From NCBI GenBank assembly GCA_051941275.1, contig JAVEBF010000011.1, positions 1 through 59,274 on the forward strand: 59,274 bases of DNA, given 5' to 3'. Positions 48,421-59,274 of the stretch are shown here, piece by piece. Source of the stretch: Dirinaria sp. TL-2023a (taxonomy: Eukaryota). Below the pieces are notes generated by a model. That model saw only the letters and a program-made list of their open reading frames with translations. It ran no database searches and was not told where the DNA came from. A program made the translations under genes and the position numbers. Numbering within the stretch: the stretch's first letter is position 1; every line of letters begins with the position of its first letter.

Positions 48421-50105
48421 ATGAACGACGAAGTCAAGGCACCGCCAGTTGGGGAGTCCCTTGATGCTTCCACCGATGCTGAAGAAAGTCACCGTGTCTC
48501 ACAGGATAGCGATCGGCCATATTCCTGCTTCAGTCAAAGACAGAAGAGATGTATCTCTTTCCTAGCCTCATTCTCGGCAATGTTCTCCGGGCTTTCCTCT
48601 TTCATATACTTTCCATCGATCACGGCAATCTCAGCCTCTTTACATGTCTCTATTGAACTCATCAACCTTACCATCACATCTTATCAAATAGTCTCTGGCA
48701 TAGCACCGTCAATCCTGGGCGACCTAGCCGACCAGAGTGGACGCCGTCCTGTATGCCTCATCGCGTTCACCCTTTACTTCGCGGCAAATTTAGGTCTCGC
48801 ACTTCAGAATAATTACACGGCTCTGGTCGTGTTGAGATGTCTACAAAGTGCTGGTGCATCGAGTATGTCCTTGCGATCCTTAGATCTGAGGTGTTCGGCT
48901 CAAATCGAACTTCAGGCACTATCTCCATTGCATATGGTTTTATCGCAGACATCGCTCCACCTTCGGAGCGAGGCTCATACGTCGGCATTCTTCAGGGATT
49001 GTGAGTATTCCCTAGTAGTCACTGTCATGCGTGGGCAGCGATGTCGATGATCCAGGACAGCACCAATTCTGCTCCAAGCCTAGGTCCCATCCTCGGTGGT
49101 GTTTTGACTGAGACTCTTTCATGGCACTGGGTATTCTGGCTGCTGGTAATCATGTCGGGAATCAATCTCCTTATCCTGAGTCTCATCATGCCGGAAACGT
49201 CCCGAAAGATGGTCGACAATGGAAGCATTCTCCCGCCCAGGCTTATCAGCAGGCCACTCTTTTCGCACCTAAAATCCTCTACGTCCCGTCGCAGTGATGC
49301 TACAGTGGCTCCAAGGGGGACAGTCCGATTTCCAAACCCGTTGACGTGTCTGGCCGCGTTGTGGCAAAGAACGTCTTTCCTCGTTATCCTCGTTGGAGGA
49401 ATTCAATACACCATATACGGATGTCTTGCCGCCTCTTTTTCGACATTGATGATTCGACTGTATTCCCTAAATTATTTGACTGGAGGCCTTGTATACCTTC
49501 CATGCGGGATCGGTGGAATAGTCGCAGCCTACACTACCGGCAAGCTGCTCGACAGAGATTACATCCGTACAGCGAAACGCTACAACCTCCCTGTTGACAA
49601 GTCAACCAACGATATCTCTAAGTTTCCCATCGAGCATGCTAGACTTCTTTCAGTTTTTCCACTGCTCATGATCAGTACCACAGCAACTGTTGGATTTGGA
49701 TGGGCACTCTATCAGCACACCTCTATCGCTGTCCCACTGACTCTGACTTTCTTCAGCGGCGCCTCTCAAGTGGCTATCTTCACAGTATGTGGGACACTCC
49801 TGACAGATCTGAACCCGAATCAGAGCGCCACTATACAGGCAGGTTATAATTTGATCCGATGCACACTGAGTGCCAGCGGTATCGCTGCTTTGCAACCTCT
49901 GATCAATGCGATAGAAGTTGGCTGGTGTTTTACCATTTACGGGATCATTGGAGCGCTTTGCATACCAATCTTCGTATTATTAAGGACTCGTGGTATGCAA
50001 TGGCGGACCGAATCGAGTCATCCGCACGGCTGTGAGGGAAGAACAGAAGAAAGCTCGCAAGACGTGCGAGCTCTAGGCACTATTTCAGAAAAACGGAGCG
50101 TGTAA
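48421..50105 (+). CDS. MFS transporter, DHA1/QDR-like drug:H+ antiporter
   Basis: IYFPSI, INLTITSY, GDLADQSGRRP (motif A), LRCLQSAGAS, PSERGSYVG, LGPILGG, MPET, FPIEHARL; about 12 hydrophobic segments; 2 introns. Confidence 0.92.
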
Positions 50106-50977
50106 TTTCCTTCAGTTTAGTTCAGATGTTTGCAGCATGACCTCTGGCATGCGATTTTAGATGCCTTGCTCCTATATTACGAGCCACAGAATGAGAGAAA
50201 TGCTCAGCAGTAGCAACTCCTTGGGCGTATTTGTTTTGATACAGCTGCAAACGTCGCAAATGATTCTCGCCGTTCCCAGCCCGCTAGCACGTCTTCCAAC
50301 TCTGGAGACTTCGCTTCTTAAACAGGGTAGCGCTCGCGCACACCTTGTAAAGGTTTTCTAGTAGAATAAGTAGCTTACGATTCTCACTGGTCACGACACC
50401 TGCTGTCTCATCTCTTCTTGTCTGTTTATGACGTGGTATAGGTCCGAGTTATAGGTCAGAGCCTCTTGTGCCTTGCACAGAAGTCTTTCCAGATCTTTTT
50501 TCGAATCTATGGAGCTCAAAGCCAGGAGCGAGACATGATTGTCGCAGTACAACCTGTGCTACGCGTTACTGGCCTTCTCGTTTGCCATATGGTGGGTTGG
50601 AACGACAGCGATCCAGCGCCAGTCCCTCCAGCTCTCCATGATATGAGGTTAAAGCGGTTTAGACTCCTTCTAAACGTCTTTCAGCCCGCCGATTGGCTTC
50701 CACTCTAACATACTGTTGTGCTTCCCGTTGCCGCCCAAGTACGTACGCCAGCTCTTGCCTGTACGAATGCACAGAGCTCCTAGACCTTTTCAACACAGAT
50801 GAGTCCAGCACGAACCAAAGGGCCCTCGACTCACAGGTGTGAGCATCCATATCCGATTGCAGATAACAATGTGGTTGAGAAGCATACAACGACACTAGAG
50901 GATAATCTTAACGCGAAAACAATAATAGGTATTACAGGCGTAGAAGCAAAAAGTTTGAAGATATGATAGCCGAGGTG

Positions 50978-51551
50978 CGACTTGCTTCGGGACAGTACAC
51001 ACCTGGCAGTACACATGCCTTATTTCCGGGCATCAGCCACCTACCTCGCCACTTCCACCCCCACGTGCGAGTACATTATTTGTGAAGCTACTTAAGGTAC
51101 CATGCTTCTTACATACTATCTACCATACCTTACGCATGATTTTTTCGCATGGTTTTTTCTATGACAGGCAGTATGACAAGCAGTATGAAAAGCAGTAATT
51201 TTTTTCGCATGATCTTTTCTATGACAGGCAGTCAGGCAGGCAGTAAGATTTTTTTTCTATGATTTTTCTCATGGGAGTTTTCTATGACAGACAGTCAGGC
51301 AGATAGTCAGGCAGGCACTATGACAGATAGTATGACAGGCAGTATGGCAAGCAGCAATGGCAGACAGTAAGATTTTTCGCATGATTTTCCTATGATTTTT
51401 TTATGACAGGCACTATCGCAGGCAGTACAGTATGAATTTATAGAGGTCGATAGTTGGTGATCAGTGCGATGGGCTTGGCATGCGGCTGTGGCTAGGTAGC
51501 CGGAAATAAGGCATGTGTACTGCCAGGTGTGTACTGTCCAGAAGCAAGTCG
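50978..51551. mobile_element. Non-autonomous Mutator-like (MULE-type) element, 574 bp, 52-bp TIRs, 9-bp TSD
   Basis: TIR CGACTTGCTTC(G/T)GGACAGTACACACCTGGCAGTACACATGCCTTATTTCCGG at 50978..51029 and inverted at 51500..51551 (1 mismatch). Flanks are GCCGAGGTG (50969..50977) and GCCGAGGTA (51552..51560). Confidence 0.85.
51130..51430 (+). repeat. Minisatellite-like interior of the MULE element
   Basis: Alternating units ATGACAGGCAGT/CAGGCAG and GATTTTTTCGCAT/TTTTTCTATG, repeated many times. Confidence 0.8.
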
Positions 51552-51742
51552 GCCGAGGTACCTAGGGAGCTAGGGTTAATCTAGCCTTCCTGGGACTTTG
51601 CGGAATTACCTTACCTAATGATGTCTTGGCAAATCCTCGACAGCAACAAATAAACAATGGAATTTCAACATGATCAACAATCGTATCTAATTCATCTCTC
51701 CACACATGCTGATGCTCGCTGGCGTCAGGCTTCTCAGCCGGC

Positions 51743-53271
51743 ATGACGATCACGTTGTACCCTCCATACCAAGTATGCCGGGAACATAATGTTCATCAAT
51801 CGATTCCTAAAAGCTCTCGTAATATCTGCTTTTATCATCCCGGCTACACAAGTCAGAATCTCCTCTTCACTCTCCCTGGCTACGATAGCCTCGAGGGTGG
51901 GTTGGATCGCAAGACAGCGCTACTCGCATGTAGCCTCATCGCTGGTAATCGGTGGGACGGGTACTTATCAACATCACTGTTAGGGCGCCCAGTTGAAGAA
52001 AACGAGCTTCTGACCAAACAGGACTATTATTTTTTTGTTCCGGCTTCATTCAGTGAGTAAAGGCCCCACTAAACAGTCATGATTATAGGAGAACTAATCA
52101 TCGGTCTCGGTTTCCAGGCTCCAGCAACGCTTCTGCCTCTGCTTTGCAGCCCTATCGATACCCGATTGTTCCATGCTTCAAGGAATGGAAATTTCCCCAC
52201 CGCTTTCTTCCCCCGCTCTGGATGACACTACCAATCATGAACAACTTACCTATCGGATCTACATCTAATGCAGTCATCCTGAGAGACGGCTCCTGTCGAA
52301 TCACGAAACATACTGAGGAATGTGACGCGGCACATCTATGCCCTAAATCGGAGGAAGCTTGGTTCATGGACAACGACATGGAGCAGTATGGTCGGCAGAA
52401 ACGAATGACGGATCTCGCGATCAACGATGCGTCGAACCTTCTTCTACTCCGAGCCGACCTCCATCGCCAGTTCGACAAATCACAGTTCGTCTTTCTTCCT
52501 AAGAATGGGGGAACTTTGGTCACACACGTGCTCAAGAACTCAGAAGAGGCCCGCTTATTATATCATAACACGGCTCTGCATCCTACAGATGTTGCGCCTG
52601 AATTCTTGTTGGCTCGATTCGCTTGGGCGATTTTTTCACTGGTTGCGGGATTCCTAAGAAAAAATCAGTCGAGGCTGCTACTTCTAAATTCGGAGAATAG
52701 CGAACGAGAAGCCAGTGCCGAAGAATGTTACAATTTCAGCGTGTCGGCGTCCGGTCGCTCTAGAAGTATAAGTCCACAAAAACCGGCTAGCCCAGCGAAA
52801 CGAACGCGCCTTGAGCGAGACGGACGTGACATGTTGGAAACCCAACATCTTCGCACGATCAAGCGACTGAAGTCCAAAATGCAGGAATGCTCAGAGAATC
52901 TGAATGACGGGCACAGTCAGCGCACGCAGATGCCAAACACTCCCCCTGTTTCAGTCAGTGCTCGTAGCTACAACGGGCAGGTGGCCCAACCCCTAAGTCC
53001 CTTTCCAATCTCACAGCCGGCGTCACCAAAAGGTTCCAATCTGAGTGTTGAGTGCTATGATGAATTAACACTGAAAGAGATGAAAGAGCAAATGCTTCTA
53101 AAGGAGCGCGAGCGGTCTGATCCTAAGTCTACATGGTCGAAAGAACAAGACTGGCTTGATTGGATACTGGATAATGGGGGAGCGCTGGACGCAAAGGAAA
53201 TCCCAAGATTTATGGCTGCCTTGGGAAAGGACATCGCGCCAGAGGCCTCGGATCTGGACCCATACGAATGA
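51743..53271 (+). CDS. Fungal HNH-family (HNH_2-like) putative endonuclease (~490 aa)
   Basis: Exon 1 has HPGY..LFTL..D..GG..ACSLIAGNRWDGYLS. An intron (GTGAGT..CCAG, ~52053..52117) keeps the frame. Then YPIVPCFKEWKFPH, RDGSCRIT, AAHLCP, WFMDNDM, NLLLLRADLHRQFD, FLLARFAW. Confidence 0.87.
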
Positions 53272-54557
53272 CGGTGTCTGGAACAGAGAATCAATCTTAC
53301 ATGTAAGGCGCCCTCCAAAGGAATCTATCCAAATCGGGCCGACCGGGACAGAAGCAGGTTCATCCAGATCCAATGGGGTGTGGATAACCCACTCATCGAC
53401 CCTGCGCCACATACGCCGAACCGCTTCTTAGCCCGTCACACAGCTTTGACTATCCATAATAGCACGCCAAATCTGCCATCAGCCCATTTTGCCGACCAAG
53501 GGTATAGTCTCTCGGTATCCGATGCCTATGCTTCTGAGTTGTCTGCTTAAATGCTAATCTCTAACGCTAAAGAATCGACTTATAAATCAAGCTCGCAGCA
53601 TCAAAATCCCTTCATGGCGGCGGTCCACAAAAATTGAAGACTGCTTCATGAGCCCGCCAGGCAGAAACAAGCAGTACAGAAAACTATACTATTGTACCGA
53701 GACAGGTTGGGAGCTTGCAAGGTATTCCAGGGACATGATATGATATAGAAGGAATCTGTCAAGAAGCGGGAAGACAAGGTTGCTCGATTCCAATCCATCA
53801 ACGCAAAAGGTCACAAACCACCGCTTGAAGTTCGTAGACATTCAATTCTATCTTTCATCACGATGAATGCGAGACTCAGCGAATACTGACAACTCAGCGC
53901 TCTCTCGACATTCCAGTCCTTCTCGTAATCCAGAGTTGTCGTGCAGCGAAGTTAATTGCAAATCAAGGTATTACCATGAAGGAGATAGTCAACTACTCTT
54001 ACTGATGAGCCAATCTCTCGCCGTTCTCCTCTTACTTTGACCCCGCTCTTCCAGTTTAGTCGAAAGTTAGATGAGCGATAGTCGATCAAAGACCGCTCAC
54101 ACGCAAAGCATGAGCAGACTGAGTAACAACGAAGACATCTGATAATCCCGGTTCGTTTATTGACGCTATGAATGCGTCCTCACGATCGCATACTATGAAT
54201 CGTCTTTGGAAAGGCAGTTTTCGAAACTTAGGATTCCGAGATCTAGCCTCTTCCATTTACTTCCTCGCTCCCAATTTGCACGTCGCTGAAACATCTTGTA
54301 TCGGACGACCTGGCATTAGGAGCAGGATTTTCCTCATCTGCTCAGATGCTCCGACGCTTCAACGATCCAATTGCAAGTATCGCCTTTGCTCATCAAACAG
54401 AGTGAGCTCCCAGCCGAGCGAGTCTCTTAATGGCTGCCACCTACTATCTAAACGAAGCCGCACGCCTAATTGAAGCTCCAACTCCTCTTTCTTGTTACCA
54501 TTTACTCCGAACTTGGGGTAAACCTACGTAGGGTTCTCTTTAAAAAGGAACCCATCC

Positions 54558-54583
54558 AAAAAAAAAAAAAAAAAAAAAAAAAA
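54558..54583 (+). repeat. Poly(A) tract (26 nt)
   Basis: Run of A downstream of the minus-strand MFS gene. Confidence 0.9.
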
Positions 54584-54728
54584 TTCGCGTTAGATCCCAT
54601 GCAAGCTAACAGTATAGCAATTCTCTACTAAAGAGGGAGTCGAGAAGCTAAATATGGATGCTCCCGATTCTCTTCTACCATTTTTTGAAGACGCTAGACT
54701 TCTTAATGCTTTGTGCCTCATTATCTAA

Positions 54729-56645
54729 TCAAATCTCCGACTTCTCCTTCGCCGCTCCGCTGATCTCAGCACCGGCATTCTCCTGTGGCTTCTTAAGGAC
54801 GCTTCTCCACTCTAGCGTAACGGCACCGAGGACTGCAAGACAAGATACGGTCAATCCGACCTGGAACACTTTCCGCAGCGCCTCATTATAAGCTGTGAGA
54901 ACCGTCCCTCGTAGGTTTGCAGGTAGGGAGCTGAGCACTGAAGTTGCACCACCCGAGGTGACCAGTCCCGAATTGAAGCCAGGGATCCCAGAAAGCCTCA
55001 GCAAAAGCTGGTTGCCCAATACGTTCTCCCCAACAGCGACGAACACCGCTGCACCCAAGAGCTGACCGAACAACATCAGAGTCAATCCCATTGTCACATC
55101 GTTCTTCGGCAAGACTGTCTGCGCAGCGAGGTTTGGTACTTGGAAACATAAACCCAAGCCGATTCCGTACAGGACCTGATAACCGATCCACTTCCCTTCG
55201 CCTGTGTTGACCTGAAACGTCGTGAGGAGCCCTGCTCCGACTGACATGATGCAGGATCCTAGAATAGCGAACGGAGTGTAGTATCCGATCTTCGAATTGA
55301 ATATTCCACCGGAGATTGACCCGATAACCATTGATAGCATCATAGGCAGGAGCCGTATACCGGATTCCACTGCCGAGACACCTTTCACGGACTGAAACCA
55401 GATCGGGACGAAGTATACTATGATCAAAGTCAGTCATAGGGTGATGAAGCCTGGGTATGCTTTCTTCTTACTAAAAATATAGTTCCCAGAGCCAACGCAG
55501 ATAGTTTGCCAAAAGCCAGCCACGACGCTGCGATGTTTGAAAATGCGTGGGGGCAGCGTTGCTGTCGTGGGAAGCAATATTTGAACAGCGATGAAAGCAA
55601 GAAGCAATACTCCCATAAGAGTTAACAATGCTATGATACGCGTATCGCTCCACTGGAGACTGTCAATGAACTGCAAAGCAAAATTGGGTGGTGCGAGTAG
55701 CAACTCACATGGTATGTCTGGCCACCCCACTGAAGTGCCAACAGAAGACAGACCACACCAGGTACCAGTAGTGCAGTGCCAAGGGCATCAAGTTGCGAGA
55801 GCTTCTTCGTCCAGGGAACCTTGGTGTCTCCGTCGGGGACCTTGAGGCAAAGGGCAATGACAACCATCGCCACGCCACCAAGGGGTAGATTGATGTAAAA
55901 ACACCACCTCCACGTTACATTTGACGTAAAGGCACCACCAATTAAGGGCCCCACAATCGAAGCAATGCCAAAGAGGGCGCCGAAGAGACCTTGTATCTGT
56001 GGGCGCTTTCGCAAAGGAACCGAGTAGACTATGCATACCATCTAGAACCACCAGTCAGCAATTAAAGCGGATCCAGGGGGCAAATAGCAGTGTATTTACA
56101 GTTCCAGCGAAAATGCCAGCCGCGCCGAGTCCGGAGATTGCTCTTCCAACGATGAATGCTACTGAGTTCGGAGCGGCTCCACAGAGGGCAGAAGCAACCT
56201 CAAACAGCAGGATACTCGTCAGAAAGGTGGTTTTGACCGAGTATAGCGTGTACACTTTCCCATACAACAGCTGGAAGGCGCAAGTCGTCAACAAATACGC
56301 GCTTCCGTACCAGCCAACGTCATCGAGGGAGCTGAATTCATCAGTGATTTGAGGTATCGCCTGACGCGAATAGGTCAGCACATCGTCTCGCAGAGAGCGT
56401 ACTCATACCGTGGAGATGATGGTCCTGTCTAAAGCAACTAGGAACATGCTTAAGAAGACCGAGATTAGCAGGAGAACGGTCCGCGCAGTCGACTGCTTCT
56501 GCTGGGGATCGTCGGGTTTGCTTGGGTCATATTTGACTTCGACATCTTCATACGCGTCGCTGTTCTTTGTATGTACAGCCACGTCTGACGAAACTGGAAC
56601 AGTCGATTCGGCATTTTGGGGAGTCGTTGGGCGTGGAGACACCAT
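54729..56645 (-). CDS. MFS transporter, DHA2 (14-TMS) efflux pump of the AflT/GliA/ToxA type
   Basis: [84 protein letters not shown]; several GT..AG introns. Confidence 0.93.
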
Positions 56646-56822
56646 GCTGACCGTGAAACCTGTTGCGACCGACGATGATGATTGTCTGGCTTGTGGGAAA
56701 TTAGAAAGGAGGTACGCCTTGGGTCAGAAGCCGAGATGAGTTGAATGGTATCTCTGAGGCTTCAGGTTTATTAAGAAATGAGGTTGCCATGACATGGAGA
56801 GAAAACCAGAAAGACATGTTGT

Positions 56823-57018
56823 CGGGCTTTCGGAAAGCACAAGATAGAAGGGGATGGTTGTACTCACTTCATATGCCGTCGACCACCCGAGTTATAAAGA
56901 AACTCCTTTCCGGGCTTTGATAAAGCCCGACCTGACAGGAGTAAATACTGCTGTGTTCGGGACGTAGAAAAGCCCGAGCTTGGCGAAGCCTTATGTGCTC
57001 GGGCGTTTCAAAAGTCCG
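56823..57018. promoter_or_regulatory. Array of CGG-N13-CCG inverted-repeat sites (candidate Zn2Cys6 transcription-factor sites)
   Basis: 56911..56929 CGGGCTTTGATAAAGCCCG; 56958..56976 CGGGACGTAGAAAAGCCCG; 57000..57018 CGGGCGTTTCAAAAGTCCG; degenerate copy at 56823..56841 CGGGCTTTCGGAAAGCACA. All lie between the divergent MFS and SDR genes. Confidence 0.65.
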
Positions 57019-57878
57019 AAATGGCTCTGAGCAGTGAGAAGCGAGCCTTAACCCAATCGAGAAAAGCGCAAATTCTTTTCTTTGGAAGGCAATCAATTTC
57101 ATTCAATTTCATTGGTTGATGTCAAGGAAGAAGAAAGTCAAGTAGGTCGAGGCGGCAGTCTTGAAGATAGAGACGTAGTCTCGAGACGGAAGGCATCGCG
57201 TCCATACACGGCTGCCAAGGCAGATGCGTTATGATATGGCCATCGTATGCTAAGTGCGCAGCCAAGTATATCTATGTCTGCCTTGTTGATCTTCTCGACG
57301 CTGCCATCGTGATGTTCGACAACCATCAATGGCCGGCAACAATGCCTTCAAGGCCAACTCTGGAGCCATAAAACACCACTGCACAATTGGTATTTGACAG
57401 GGTTGCGTCTCCCTTGCATCTTCCATCCCTCTACCTACTTCTTTAGGGTAATGCTCTCAGTCTTCATCCAATCCTCCGGCTTGATCGTCTCCTTTTCATC
57501 CCATGTTCCCATGTGAAAATTTCTCCTTCATATTCCTTCAGGATTCTTGTTAATCGACGATTTCGCCATTTCTCCGATGCTTTAAGTCCGCTGCTGTTAC
57601 ACAAACAGAACATATCATTTTAATACCTTAGTAATTGATACCTTAGTGATCCCCTTCAACACTCAACGCAGTCCTGCTCAGAACCTGAAGAACCTTTTTC
57701 TGGCTCTTCCCCCCTTTCCCTTCCTCCTCTCCCGTCCCACAGTCGCCCACAGTCGCAAAATCCACGTGTATGAGCTTCCCCTAAGACACAGTAAGCCAAC
57801 AGCGTCTTCTTATTCCCTTCTCCATCCGAACGCAGGTCCAATACCTTCGACCCCGTATGCACCAAACCTACAATCAAG

Positions 57879-59000
57879 ATGGACTCGGTATACGGTGACA
57901 AAGCGTCCGCTGAAAAGGTCGCAGACAATTGCAAGGATGCAATCAAGGGCAAAGTCATCCTCACAACGGGTGTCACCCCTGGCGGCATCGGCGCTACTTT
58001 CATGGAAGTGCTCGCCAACTACGCGCCAAAGCTCTTGATACTCACTGGCCGCGACACCGCCAAATGTGCCGAAACGGCCAAAGCTATTGCTAATAGAAAT
58101 CCCCATGTCAACGTACGAGTCCTAGAACTAGATCTGAGCTCACAGGAACGAGTTCGTAAGGCTGCGGCCGAGGTCAACGGCTACGCAGAGCCCATCGATG
58201 TTCTCTGTACCAATGCCGGTCTCATGGTGCCCTCGTGGGGTCAGACGAAAGACGGTATGTTTGGTTTCAGCTCTTCTCTGCACTGAAGGGAATGATGATT
58301 GATTGTGCATGCGAATTCAATGTTAACTCTGACTCCTTTCCAGGCATCGAAACAACATTTGGAATCAACCACATCGGACATTTCCTCTTCGCCAACCTCA
58401 TCATGAATAAGCTGCTAGCGTCTCCGCACGGCGCCCGAGTCGTCAGTGTCAGCAGCAACGGGAACCGTCTTGGCCCCGTGCGATTCCAGGATTGGAATTT
58501 CGATCACGGCAAGACCTACGATGTCTGGCGTGCCTACGGTCAGAGTAAGACAGCCAACAACCTCTTCGCCCTTTCTCTTGCCAAGAAATACGGTGATCGG
58601 GGTTTAGTCGCAACAAGCGTTGATCCGGGTGTGGTTCTCACAAACTTGATGCGTTATTTGGGTGAAAAAGAGTATAATGCGCTGAGTAAGGCCGTTTCTG
58701 CCTCAAACGACTCGGGACTCGACAAGCTGACGGTAGCACCAAATAGGACAGATGGATCGAGACTTAGGGTACACAGACTACTGGGCCGGCTTCGACCACT
58801 TGGTCAAGACACTCTCGCAGGGCGCAGCGACCCATGTCTACGCAGCCTTCGACCCGAATTTGAAGCAGTACAATGGCTCCTGCCTCGCTGACTGCAAAGT
58901 CTGTCCCGCTGAGAAGACCCCGCCGTGGGCCAGGGATCCGGTTGCTGCCGACATGCTATGGAAGCTCAGTGAGCAGCTTGTGAGCCAGCAATTCGAGTAG
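57879..59000 (+). CDS. Short-chain dehydrogenase/reductase (retinol-dehydrogenase/WWOX-like SDR)
   Basis: TGVTPGGIG, LDLSS, NAG, FGINHIGHFL, RVVSVSS, catalytic YGQSK, VDPG, QGAAT, LWKLSE; 2 introns. Confidence 0.93.
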
Positions 59001-59274
59001 GGATAGACTTTACCTCACGCTCACTTTGCTCGGTATGGCACCTAGCCAGACTTACGCAGATGCACACTAAAGTAACAGTCAAAGCACATGTCGATGTCCT
59101 TAACTGCAGGTAGATACAACCAAGCATACGTGAGCTCTTTGAAATCGTAAGACAAGCGACAGTAAAGGAATGTTCCGAGATGATATCCAATACATTCAAC
59201 AATTTCCGAGAGGTAGCTATATTCACGCTGCCCCACAACACCAGCAATATAGAAAAAAACCCCACCAGACACCA

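Noticed and set aside
51130..51430. CRISPR-like repeat array
   Set aside because: Eukaryotic context, short degenerate units without unique spacers, and the array lies inside a TIR element.
1..59274. Starship or other giant transposon carrying the cluster
   Set aside because: No tyrosine-recombinase (DUF3435 captain), transposase or reverse-transcriptase ORF is recognisable in the window, and no element boundaries were found.

Overview
Left end of a chromosome from a filamentous ascomycete (Pezizomycotina; the expanded secreted-protein families suggest a lichen-forming lineage, which is inference only). The window starts with 15 CCCTAA telomere repeats and continues through about 59 kb of gene-rich subtelomeric accessory DNA with GT-AG introns. 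The main feature is a 20-kb three-gene cluster (5808..25745) that the ORF track breaks into many pieces. Spliced by hand, it gives three intact large proteins with no evident signal peptide. Gene A (~2,600 aa, ~15 introns including 9-nt and 6-nt micro-exons) fuses a ComEC/Rec2-like metallo-beta-lactamase-fold domain to a DUF6603-like beta-rich region. Gene B is ~1,270 aa and gene C is ~1,400 aa. From memory, the motifs of all three match an uncharacterised trio that co-occurs in bacteria and some fungi. Other genes are a GPI-type repeat surface protein, four Cys-rich secreted proteins, a GPI-type carboxylesterase, an alpha/beta-hydrolase-NACHT-WD40 NLR, a fructosamine-kinase-like gene, two MFS transporters, an HNH nuclease and an SDR. 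Non-coding features are two small TIR elements, a probable LTR relic, islands depleted of CC/GG (an atypical RIP-like signature) and an array of CGG-N13-CCG sites in the divergent MFS/SDR promoter. All family calls come from motif recognition; no database search was run.
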